In this document: positions 1 through 10,966 of the stretch, one piece after another | Layout: each line of letters begins with the position of its first letter | Position numbering within the stretch: the stretch's first letter is position 1 | Position numbers and translations under genes: made by a program | The notes under the pieces: model-generated | The model's input: only the letters and a program-made list of their open reading frames with translations | Told to the model about the DNA's origin: nothing | Databases searched by the model: none | Assembly (NCBI GenBank): GCA_964035545.1 | Contig: CAXIUT010000275.1 | Span: 1-25,765, forward strand | Source: Bugula neritina | Taxonomy: Eukaryota > Animalia > Bryozoa | DNA length: 25,765 nt | Direction: 5' to 3'

Positions 1-76
1 CCCAACCCCAACCCCAACCCCAACCCCAACCCCAACCCCAACCCCAACCCCAACCCCAACCCCAACCCCAACCCCA
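1..76 (+). repeat. Left telomere, (CCCCAA)n
   Basis: Perfect C4A2 hexamer array at the window start, the Tetrahymena-type ciliate macronuclear telomere repeat. Confidence 0.97.
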
Positions 77-851
77 TAACTAAAATTTGTAATGAATATA
101 ATAATGTTCCAAAGAAAATGATCTCTATAAACGAATAGAGTCAACTCTGAAAAGGAATGGATGGATAAATTACTAAAAGAATGGTCTGGTGATCTTGAGA
201 TAATCAACCTAATGCTACTGTTTTAGAAGTGTCAGATAAGAAGAAGAAAAATAAATACAATCAACTAAGTAATGAGTAAATAAAATAAGAATAATTTTGT
301 CAATGTTTTTTCTGTCCAATAAAAATCTGTTTAATAAAAATAGAATCCCTTTCAAGTCTAAATGAAAATAGTTTTAAAAATAAGATTCTTAAGGTATAAA
401 CAATAAAAATGGTTTAATGATAAAAGTTTGATTTAAATAGAAGTAAAATAAAGGTCCCGGAAATGATGTGGTTATCATTTTATTTTTACTTTTATCATTC
501 ATATCATCAACAGTTTATCATAAATATCCTCAACAATCAATGTTCTATATTATTAGTTTTAAATCGACCAAAATGAAATAAATGACCTTATTAAATATTA
601 TCTTTTAATATGCCTATATTTATTGAGAAAAACGATTAGAAAATATATCTAAATTGTATTATTTATCACTGTCACTTGAGTCATTCCTTTACATTAAATA
701 TTTTAATAGTACTTAAAATATATAATCAATCATTTACTTTTATTTAGTCTATTGAATATAAAAATTTCAGCAGTTTACTATATCCTTGATTTCTTCTTAA
801 AAATAATACAAATTATTATTCTATTTATTAATTATAACAGTTATAAACTAA

Positions 852-3273
852 TCATATTTAACTAATACTTGATTAGTAAATAATTTTATACCTCTCTCTT
901 CTCTCTTCTTCTGATAACCTACACAAATCCAAAGGTTCTCGAAAAAAAGCCTTTCCTTGATAATTATTTATAACGTGATAGACAAAAAGAAGTGATGTTC
1001 TACTCTCTGTCTATAAATAATACTCTTTTGATTATTTTCCATTAGTTCTAACAGTATATTAATATAGTTTAAGTGTTTAGTAAGGAAACTATTTACCCAG
1101 CCACTCATTGATAGTGTCGAATTACTATTTACTGAAATTATTAGTTTAGTTTCTAGATAGTTGAATAGTTTTAGTAATATCAATTGCTAGCACTTTTTTA
1201 CCTTCAAATTAAAAATCATCATTATTGACTAGTTTATTTATCAGCTCTAGATGTTCTTTATTATGATAAAGAATGGCAGTAAATTTAGCTGATTTAAACT
1301 TATATTAATAAAACTTTTATTATATTTAACACTATATTCCTAAAGTTATTAATCTTTACTTTATCTATAATAGGTATTTTCTCTTTACAACTATTAAACA
1401 CATCTTTTTGTATATTTTTCTTTCTTATATTGTCAAAGATCTATCATAAAATAACCTATCTTCTGATACTCTCAGTCCTATTGAAGGCTATTTGCATCTA
1501 TGTTCAAAATAATTACTAAAGCCCTTAAAAAACATTAGCTATCCTTTTTACTTAATCCTATCATACTTGACCATTTTTTAATTTATTTCTTCTTTCAGTT
1601 CTTATCCTTTTATTTTTTTGACTTTATCATCCTATTGCTTATAACTAATAACTTAATTTACATATCTACAATAGAAGGTAGATAGATTTTGAGGACATAT
1701 AGTTATTCTTGTCATATATTGACCATGTTTGAAAGTTCTTTACATTTTATTAAGATATTAATTGTAATATTATCGGATATTAGTGCGTTATTTTTGAATG
1801 GGCTATAGGTCAATACTGAAAGGATTCTATTTGATAGGCACAAAATCTATCTTTATAATCTTTTTAAAAGAATCGAATGGAATAATACCAAATAAATAAA
1901 ATAAAATTTACTCTTCTATTATCTATTTATCAGCTTATGATAATTTGCAACCTACAGCCAATATCTCTTTATGATTTCTTTTTATATCAAAAAGAAATGT
2001 AGCCCCTCCATTATTCGCTGCTAATATTGCTAATTCGATGAGTTTTTCTTTTATAAATTTTAACTTCTTTATTGTTTCAAAAGTATGCAAAGGAATCTTA
2101 TTGATAGAAGGATCATAGATATTACAATTCTAGAAGAAAAAAGTACTACAGCTGAGACATCTATGTTCGACTAGATGTTATTTTTAAAGAGTTTGATGGT
2201 ATTTTATTTTTTATTTTACTATTTAATTATTGGTTTATATTTAATTTTTAGCCTCTATTTGATGCAAAAGATCCAATACTTTGCCTTATTATTTCTTTAA
2301 ATACTAAGATTACTCAATATGTTTATTAACTGGCTTATTTTGATTCCCAAATGACACATTAAAAACATAACTTTGCCTTGGATTGCAATTGCTTCTAACT
2401 TGATCACGAAAAACAGAAAAAAAAGTTTACGTTATCATGAATTCTCTTGATATGAAGATTTTATGTTTTTATTTGAATATTTTAATAAAGTTTTTACTTG
2501 TCCCCCCTTCATTTTATCTTTTATAAATCTAACATAAGTAGTTTATATCAGGTATACCAATAGTTGTAGTCAGTTGTTTTATAATTGCAATGACTTATGG
2601 AAATATTGTTTGATAGAGATTTAGTTTTTAGAACGATATGTATTGCAAAATAACTACTAGATGAATAATTGCAATTGTGTAGTTTATAGTGAACATTTAT
2701 CTATTCTGAAGAAAATATTTCAAAAAGGGAATAAAATAAAAGAACAATACTGATTTTATTTATAACAAATTCATCTTTTCTATCTTAAATATCGTTTGAT
2801 TTAGTTTATCATATGATAAATTTGAATTGTTTTCATTTGTGCATAATTATTCACTTTGCCTCAAAGGGTTTTTCCCTTCATTCTGATATCTTTAGATAGA
2901 ATAAACTTCATTTCTCCTCTAATTTTCTTTGTAAAATACTTACCCTTTTTCCTGATTATAAACTTATTTAGATTATTAATCTTCCAATTCGCATTTATCA
3001 TCAGTCTACTTTGAAGATTTGGTTGACCATATTATAGATTTTCTTGATTAGATATTATTTAAATCTATTGATTAAGACCCTATATTTTTATTATCTACTA
3101 AAGTTCCATCTAAACTTATCGGATATTGCTAAATGGTGCTTTATTTTGGCACAGACAGTATATCTCTTTCATTTATCATTGAAAAAAGTACAAATTATAA
3201 TTAAGACTCTATAAGTAATATTTCTAACTAATTTATTTGGTTTTGTACTTTTTTATAAAGCAACTAAACAAGT
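852..3273 (-). CDS. Large protein with a Schlafen-like AlbA_2 domain (degenerate); true ends uncertain
   Basis: With TAR=Glu, one frame is open for ~800 codons from ~3273 to TGA at 852-854. The segment ~2060-1600 reads KLIELAILAANNGGATFLFDIKRNHKEILAVGCKLSEADKE...IKIDFVPI...GQYMTRITI, resembling AlbA_2 (AFxNxxGGxLxxGV...VVG). The upstream part (candidate ATG at 3899) is frame-broken, and a possible 21-nt intron over the TGA could extend the 3' end. Confidence 0.55.
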
Positions 3274-4097
3274 TATCAACTAAACTCTCTTTAATAGATT
3301 TTTAAATTTTAAATTTACAAGAACTTGTGATAAAATAATTTATCAAAGTTTTCTTAGTAATTATGTCAACCTTAAATATTTGTTTTCAAACTTATCAATG
3401 TTAATTTTTGATCTTTAAATATAATTTATTCTATAAAACAAGTTCCTTTTCATAGTTACCTCAATGTGATCTAACAATGTTTTTTTCTTTCAGATCTTTA
3501 AGATTTAAAAGTAAAAATATTGATAGTCTCAGTCTAAAATCATCAATAAACTAAAGCTATACTTCTTTTAAACTATACTTTTTCTTGCTTTGCATATTTA
3601 ATACTGTGCCAAAGACTTGCTTCGTTCGAGTGAATATTAGTTCAGATAATATCAAATGGTAGGATCAAAACTGATGAATATAAAGAGATATCTAGGTATG
3701 ATTGGACTTGTCGACACAAATCCAAAGTCTACTTTTAATTTTTAAAATACTTAATTACATACTTTATTACTTTTTTTTTCATCTTTTTGATTATTTTTTG
3801 AATAAAAATAGAATTGATAAAAATAATTAATACAAAGACAATACAACCTATATAAACTTATCTACAATATAACTGCTATTAAATATCTATTGGCTCCATT
3901 TATTCAAATAAAAACCTCTTAAGCTTAATATTCTAGAGAATGTAAAATATAAATTAACAAAATATAAATATAAAAGACCTTTTATCATATAAAAATATTT
4001 ATTCGAACACCTTTGAATTCTGATAAAATCTTATCTCGTTTAGACTTTAAATTAAAAAAGAATTATTAGCCTTCAAATATTTATATCTTAACAAAAA

Positions 4098-4724
4098 ATG
4101 TGTAAAGATCTTGGAAATAACATCTATGAATGCAACGGAACTTGCAATAGTGGTAGTGGTGGAATTTGGGGTACTGGTCTCTACACATCTGATAGTAATG
4201 TCTACTCAGCAGCCAAACACATGGGCATGGTTCCAGGAAAATTCAAAAAAATACCAGTTCAAGGTGTCAATTCATACGTTGGGACTTCTTTAAATGGCAT
4301 AAATACCAGCAATTATGGTCAATATGGCAATAGTTTTATCTTGTTAAAGGAAGAAGGGTAAAAGGTCGAAGGAGTATCAGTAGAAACAATGAAGAAGTAG
4401 ATAAAGGAACTGATTCGAGACTAAATGTCAAAACTTGGCAATAAGCTGATGACTTCAGGAAATTCTCTTTATCTATAATTGATAAAAGAACAGCTTAAAG
4501 ATGCTTTTCATGAGGAAATGATTCAACAAAGTCACAACATGGTGCACTTATTGAAGAAAGATTCAGTGCCTTGTGTTGTTTGCTCCCAAAACTAAAGATC
4601 TCGAGTAGTATTTCCTTGCAGTCATTTTCATTATTGCGAAAAATGCATCAAGTAAGTGAGAGAAAAAGGATAATGCTTTGTCTGTAAAAAAGCTGTTAGT
4701 GGAGATATGAGAATCTATATGTGA
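4098..4724 (+). CDS. LCCL domain - helical linker - C3HC4 RING finger protein (208 aa), paralog 1
   Basis: N-terminal IWGTGLYTSDSNVYSAAKHMG...YVGTSLNGINT matches the LCCL signature (GTxxYxxxSxxCxAAxHxG...YxGSxxNGIxS). Reading through TAR gives CVVC-x11-C-x-H-x3-C-x2-C-x10-C-x2-C at the C-terminus and a TGA stop. No introns needed. Confidence 0.9.
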
Positions 4725-4743
4725 TAGTTTGAGGTTCTTTAAT

Positions 4744-4796
4744 TAAAGATTATCACTTATCAAAAGTAAATAAAGATATCACTTATTAAAAGTAAA
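4744..4796 (+). repeat. Imperfect 26-27 bp tandem duplication between the LCCL-RING paralogs
   Basis: taaagattatcacttatcaaaagtaaa followed directly by taaagatatcacttattaaaagtaaa. Confidence 0.85.
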
Positions 4797-4848
4797 TATT
4801 ATATTTCTTGCAAGTTTACAAGTATTATTATAAAATTTTATTGAAAAA

Positions 4849-5556
4849 ATGTGTAAAGATTTGGGTGGAAATATTTATGAATGTTCTGGTAATTGTGGAC
4901 ATACAGGAACAGTTTGGGGTACAGGATTATATACTGCTGATAGCAATGTCTTTGCAGCTGCTAAACATATGGGAATTATACCGTGCAAATTTAAAAAGAT
5001 AATGGCTCCTAGCTGTAATGCTTATATTGGCACTAATATGAATGGAATTTCAACAAACAACTATGGCTCTTATGGTAGCAGCTATTTTTTGATAAAAGTT
5101 GATGGGTTTAGCGGCATTGATTCAACGATGGAGTTGATTAAATCAGAAGTTAAAAGTCTAATTAAGTAATAGATGGTTTCACAAGGCAGCAACATGCATA
5201 ACTCTAGCCGTGATAGGTTATAAACAACAGCAGTATAAATAAAAAACATGGTCATGTAAGAAATGAGCAAGCAAGCTAACTCCTTAAAATAATCGACTTT
5301 ATCAAACTAAGCAACCAAAAAGGAGTTGAAAAATACAGTAAAAGAAGAAATGGTCAATCAGACAAATACTTTGATCAAATTTTTACAAAAAGATAAGATT
5401 CCCTGTGTCCTCTGTACCTAAAAGTAGAGAACTAGAGTGGTCTTTCCGTGTGGACATTGTAGTTATTGCTAAAAATGTATCAAAGTTGTTAGATAAAATG
5501 GAGAATGTTCGATTTGCAACTCTAAAATAACTGGAGACTTTCAAATTGTTTTGTGA
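4849..5556 (+). CDS. LCCL domain - helical linker - C3HC4 RING finger protein (235 aa), paralog 2
   Basis: Same MCKDLGxNIYEC start and LCCL motif (VWGTGLYTADSNVFAAAKHMG). C-terminus reads PCVLC...FPCGHCSYCEKC...CSIC with TGA at 5554-5556. The linker is longer than in paralog 1. Confidence 0.9.
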
Positions 5557-5637
5557 TATTTGACTAAATGATCATTATTAATCTATATCGATATATTTGT
5601 AATATGATTTGAGCTAGTATTAAATATAATCAAATTA

Positions 5638-6565
5638 ATGTAAAGAAAAATAGTACGTCTGGCTTCTCACGCTGGCTCCTGGTACACCCATCTTGGTACA
5701 TCTTTTTTAATCAAGAATCAAAACTAGCCCAATAACTCACTAGCAATCTTCAAAAAGCAGACATCAAACATCCATAGTCACTTAGTAAAATCAAAGGCAT
5801 TATTGGACCACACGCAGGATTGAGTTATAGTGGTCCTGTAGCTGCTTGGGGATATCAGTACTTTTAGAAAGTGAAAGATAATGACAAATTAAGAATATTT
5901 TTGTTGGGTCCTTCCCATCATAAATACCTCAATGGCATCAGTCTATCGAAGTGTACAGAACTTTAGACACCAATAGGCAACATACCAGTTGACACCTTAA
6001 GTATTATCACATCTATTCAGCTATTGACAAGTTAAAAACAGAGTTGAAGACAATCTAGTTAACCAAAAAAGATGAATAGCAATAACATAGTCTATAAATG
6101 CATCTTCCCTATATCAAAATGGTCTTAGGTAAAGCTAAAGTAGTCCCTATAATTGTAGGAGATGTCAAACGAGAGCAACTAGATAAAATATCTTCTGTTT
6201 TATCTGGTTATTTCAACGACTAAAACACTATATTTATCGTTTCAAGTGATTTTTGTCATTGGGGCAATCACTTTGATTTCCAACCATTCGATGGACAAGG
6301 ATAGATCTGGGAATTCATCAAAAGAATGGATCATAGTGGAATGGATCTGATCTAGAAACAAGATCTCAATGGGTTCTAACAATACCTCTAACAAACATAA
6401 AATACAATATGCGGATGCAATCCTATAAAATTATTTTTGGACATCTTGAAACATTCAAAAACAAAAACATAAACAAAGTTTGTCAACTACGATCAATCTT
6501 AAAAAGTAAAATCAAAAAAACAATCATCAGTAAGCTATGCCTCGAGTATCACCTACATGATATGA
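5638..6565 (+). CDS. MEMO1: MEMO1 family protein, 295 aa, two 20-nt introns (5696-5715, 6001-6020)
   Basis: Motifs RLASHAGSWY, IIGPHAGLSYSG, FLLGPSHH, EHSLEMHLPY, VSSDFCHWG, NTICG and SSVSYA. Removing the two GT-AG introns restores the frame. Confidence 0.96.
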
Positions 6566-6627
6566 CTAACTTAAATACAAATATTTAGTAAATCAAATAA
6601 TGATATATACAAAATAATATTGATTAA

Positions 6628-7927
6628 TCATTTGAGGATACTATAATTAGGTACATTGCAGATAGTACTCCCTAAATTATAGCTTCCAGGACCTGGAGTG
6701 TGGCTACTGGACATGACTGTCTTCCTTTATCGAGTAAATGAATATTTAGGAGTGGTTAGTTCATCTTTGGAAAGATAAAAAGTTGAACTTTATGTATTTA
6801 TTTTATTAAAACGATTACTTTTACCAATAGTTGCTGTTTAAGGACGTTTCTTAACAAATTTGTTGTTAGGCGTATATGTCCCTGGACCTGGATTTTGATC
6901 AGAATTATCTTTTTGACGACTTCGACCCATCGATATCTACTTTCCTCTTGTTTTGCACTCGGTTGATAGATAAGAACCTGGTCCAGGATTCTAGTTGTAA
7001 TGGATAGATAGTTTTTATGTTTTACCTATTGAATAAGACTAAGTTTTGACAGTTAACTTTTTATATTGAGGATCATACTATATAGGTCTAATGATACTTG
7101 GTTGGGTGAAGGTGATTTTTATTTTTGCTTTTATTTATATTTCTGAGCGATAGTAATAACAGGTGAATTGTTTAAATCATAGTGATTAGGATGATAGCTT
7201 TGAGGACTAGGCGATTGTTAATTTTATGTAGTTTTAATTCTACGACCCATACTATACTTTTTACCCTCACCCAATTATCCCTTCACTTAGTACTATCCAG
7301 CTAAATAAAGTAGTAAATACGGCCAATTGTGTTAATTTATTGTTTATTTGGAATGCTTTTGCCAAATACTATTCCTTTACTCAGCTAATTCGGTGAGGTG
7401 TAGTAGCTGTTGGGGGAAGGTGATTTTTAGTTACATTATGTGATAAATCTAGGTTGTCTTCCTATCTTTATCCCTTTCTTTAACTGCTTTGTTGAAGGTT
7501 GATAAGTTCCAGGCCCAGGATTATTGATATTTGGATCAGTTTTTTTATATTTAGACGCAAATGACACATGAATGGAGTGATTAGGTGTGCTAGGATGATA
7601 GTTATTGGGTGCTGGACTGATAGGTCGACTATTTTTTTATCGAGATTATCTACCTATCACGCCCATCTTCTTATCTTTTTATACTGACTTCAAATTATAA
7701 CTAGTAGGACTTGGACTATTCTATTTCTAATGCTTTTATCTTATCTCCTTACCTATTCTTAATATATCAATTGATACTTCCAAGATGGAGTTTTATTTAA
7801 TATAGTTTTAGTTTATGGTTTATAAGTTTGAGCTGATGGAGTAATGGATGGATGAGTGGGTTTGGCTGAGTAAGAGATAAATACGTTTTGATTGAATGCT
7901 GTATGCTGGAGATGATTTGAATAACAT
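6628..7927 (-). CDS. SHIPPO-repeat (ODF3/STPG-like) axonemal protein, ~406 aa, four introns (7866-7884, 7758-7777, 7301-7320, 7078-7097)
   Basis: Recurrent PGPGxY / SPSPxxY motifs followed by aromatic-S-I-G segments. Splicing introns of 19, 20, 20 and 20 nt gives 1221 nt from ATG to TGA. Confidence 0.88.
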
Positions 7928-8286
7928 TTTTGGAAATTGATTTCGAATATATGTTGGAATATAATATAAAGTTAATATTCATTTCCATTTTAGAAAACAA
8001 AAGTAAATTAATTAGACTAAATTAGAGGCTATAATATTCTTGAATAAATACTTTCCTATTATAAAGAATAAAATAAAACATAGTTACTAATTAACTATAG
8101 CAATATAATGAATAATAATCTAAGACTATTCATGTTATTTCATCATATGCAATATCCAAGATCGATGTTGTTTTGATCTCTGGATCACTTTTTGAACATT
8201 ATTTTCTTGTTTTGTTGATTTTCTTAAAAGATTTTTTATCTGATAAAGTCCATTAAATATTTATCTAATTCAATTATACAAAGACC

Positions 8287-9027
8287 ATGTAGTGTCTTTA
8301 CAAAAGCATCTAAGGCTGTGGATCTCTCTACCTAGGCCCAGAATCTACTCTCAAATAAACCCAACTCCTCGACAGTAACCCTTCATTCACCCAGAAAACA
8401 CCATCCGCGCTATCCTTTATTTCTCTTCAAACAAAACAAATAAGACCCATTCCTAGAAATGTTAATTCTTACAACTTCCTCTTCCCACTGAATCTTTTGA
8501 TTTGATGCAAACCTTTACAAAATCATATGAATTTTTAAACAAACAAAGAGTTCGAACTAATATCTTAGTGACATCTTCATAAGGAACCAATATGGCAAAA
8601 GTATTCTTATTTGCCTTTTTAATGAAAAAATACCAATATGATTTAAAATATATCAGTCGACTGTATCAAGTCAACATCAAAGCAGTATGAATGATGATAG
8701 ATATAGATGAATATACCATAAGAATACAGCAAACAATTGAAAAGAATATCAGTGCAGTTTTAAAAATAAAAATAAGAATAAGAAGAAGAATTCATGGGAT
8801 CAAGAATTGGAAGAAGAATCGTTCGAATTAGAAGAGATTATGGCAACCTTGCGACTTAAAGTCGATTTGGATCAAGATCTAAGAGTCAAAGCAAAAGTAA
8901 TCCTGAGTATTGGTCAGTTAAAAAGAAATATGAAGATAAATAAAGAAAAATGATCGAAATAAAGGGAATATAAACTTTACCAACCACCTCTAGAAAGAAA
9001 ATGGGTGGAATCAAATACGAATATTGA
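8287..9027 (+). CDS. Dual-specificity phosphatase-fold protein lacking the catalytic motif (pseudophosphatase)
   Basis: GSLYLGP...LLDKNTIRAIL...FTKSYEFLNKQRVRTNILV-TSSEGTNM-AKVFLFAFLMKKY follows the DSP layout. 20-nt intron at 8375-8394; a second intron starts at 8685 (16 or 22 nt; if unspliced the gene stops at 8690). Confidence 0.7.
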
Positions 9028-9135
9028 TTATACACAAAATTCAACCATAATTTAATTGATAAATACTAATAGTTAGTGATATTTACTTATCTGCTTATCC
9101 TATTTGACTTTAGTCATAATTAATTGAGTATAAAT

Positions 9136-9330
9136 ATGGATAAAGTTCGTAAAGAACAACTACTATAAACATTGCGCCAAGAATCATAGAAAAATAAAGA
9201 AGTCTTAAACAAATATTTGGATTCCTTGGTTTTAAAAAGAAATAGAACGTCATTAGTCATGAACAGTTTTATGCATAATGTAGTTGATATTTAAAACAGT
9301 ATCTAAACTTCATAACTATTCCTCAAATGA
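9136..9330 (+). CDS. Small hypothetical helical protein, 64 aa
   Basis: ATG-to-TGA ORF (MDKVRKEQLLETLRQESEKNKEVLNKYLDSL...) filling the gap between two genes; no family recognised. Confidence 0.45.
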
Positions 9331-9420
9331 TTACCTTTATTGTCTTTATAAGAATATCTTATATCTTATTAATATATCTTATCTTCATCTTTTGTTCAAT
9401 ATAAATTCATAATCGTTACA

Positions 9421-10884
9421 ATGGACTTGATCAAAAAGATCAGAAACTATACAATCAACTAACGCCACTGTCTAGGTTAAGGCTCATTCGGCAAAGTCTA
9501 CGAAGGCACAAGCGATGAAGGCAGAAAGGTAGCCATCAAAAAAGTAGATCAAAAGTTAATCATATCCGATCGATATCTTAAAGAATCTCTCGACAACTAG
9601 ATCAGCATTATGCAGAAGTTGAAACATCCAAATATCGTCTAATTATATGAGGTAATAACCACTGCCAACAACATCTACCTGGTAATGTAATTTTGTTCTG
9701 GAGGTGATTTAAAGCGTTACTGTTCAACTAGAAAAGTAAGTGAGTAGAATGCTTTGAATATAATAAAACAAATATCAAAAGGATTCTAGGAAATGGCCAA
9801 GTTAGGAGTGCTACATAGAGACCTCAAACCTGCCAATATTCTCGTACACCAATAAGTATTCAAAATATGTGACTTTGGATTTGCCAAGTTGTTCGGATAG
9901 GCAGGTAAAATGGCCAGAACCTTTGTTGGAACACCCATCTACATGAGTCCACAAGTTCTAAGTCAAAAACACTACACCAGCAAAACTGATGTCTGGTCCC
10001 TAGGAGTCATGCTATATGAACTCATCTTTGGTAAGCTACCTTATAGTGGGTTTAGCTAGCAAGATCTCTACAGAAACATCATGCGTGGACCCATAAATAT
10101 TCCTTAGTGCACAAGATAGAGTCGTCAGTTACTGGCCGGTATGTTAGTAATCGAGTAAAGCGGCAGATGGGCCTGGTAGGATGTAAGTTAGGTGTTATTT
10201 GGCAAAGAACCAAGAGGTATCACTGCCAACCAAGCGAATCAAGGTGGAAATGGCCTATTTTACGCCTAGAACAAGAAAGACAGAATATCGTATGATGATA
10301 AAAGAATGACTTTTGAATAGAAAAGAGGTAAATAACATGACAACCATCACAAAGGACCAGCAATTCAATCAAATGGTTACATTTAGAATGTATTTTAGCA
10401 GCCAGCAAGAATGAACTATGATCCTGTTCGAAGAGCACAGCAAGGTAAAAATATGTTAATCCCTCAATAAACAGGTTAGTAGGTTGTAAATATGGTGAGA
10501 CGTTAAAGTCAAGAATAGAAGATATAATAAAATTGTCGATTTTATTATTTTTTATTGGTTGAATATGTAGTATATCCTTTGGAAGGAAGTATCAGTTTTG
10601 ACAGTTTTATGTATACTTTATGGAAATATACTGTGACTTTATACTAAAAAATGATATAAAAACCATAAGTCAATAGTATTCAACTCTACCGTAACGTTCT
10701 TGTGAACTAACTGAGTGAATTGAAGAATCTTTAGAGTGAATTTTAGATAAAAAAAGAGGGAAATTTACGTAATTTAGCCTAGATGACATATCAGTAGGCT
10801 AGAAGTAATAGTTAGAACAGGAAAAAGATAATTTGGTTAAAAAGGTTTTTAGATAAGAAATATATCTATGATGCTATTGATTGA
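9421..10884 (+). CDS. Ser/Thr protein kinase (ULK/CAMK-like ciliate type), 487 aa, intronless
   Basis: LGEGSFGKVY, VAIK, alphaC NEISIM, YLVMEFCSGGDL, HRDLKPANIL, DFG, GTPIYMSPQVL and DVWSLG; frame open to TGA at 10882-10884. Confidence 0.95.
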
Positions 10885-10966
10885 TCGATTGATAATATTG
10901 AAGTTTGAGTAGAATTTTATTTGATTGATAATATAACCTTGACCCATAGTTATATTAATAAACTAG

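Noticed and set aside
77-850. Gene in the left subtelomeric region
   Set aside because: Only short open stretches without a convincing start or recognisable motif; part may be the tail of the AlbA_2-like gene.
3274-3640. TGA read-through or context-dependent stops in the 5' part of the AlbA_2-like gene
   Set aside because: All three frames contain TGAs here, and no well-conserved gene in the window has an internal TGA (Trp is TGG). Indels or unresolved introns explain it better.
6628-7927. CRISPR-like or mobile-element repeat (recurring ccaggacctgg-type sequences)
   Set aside because: These are the PGPG codons of SHIPPO protein repeats; no transposase, terminal inverted repeat or spacer array was found in the window.
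9946-9957. Kinase APE motif reading SPQ as evidence that CAA encodes Glu or that the kinase is dead
   Set aside because: As I recall, YMSPQ variants are common in ciliate kinases of this type. CAA marks conserved Gln elsewhere, and the other catalytic motifs are intact.
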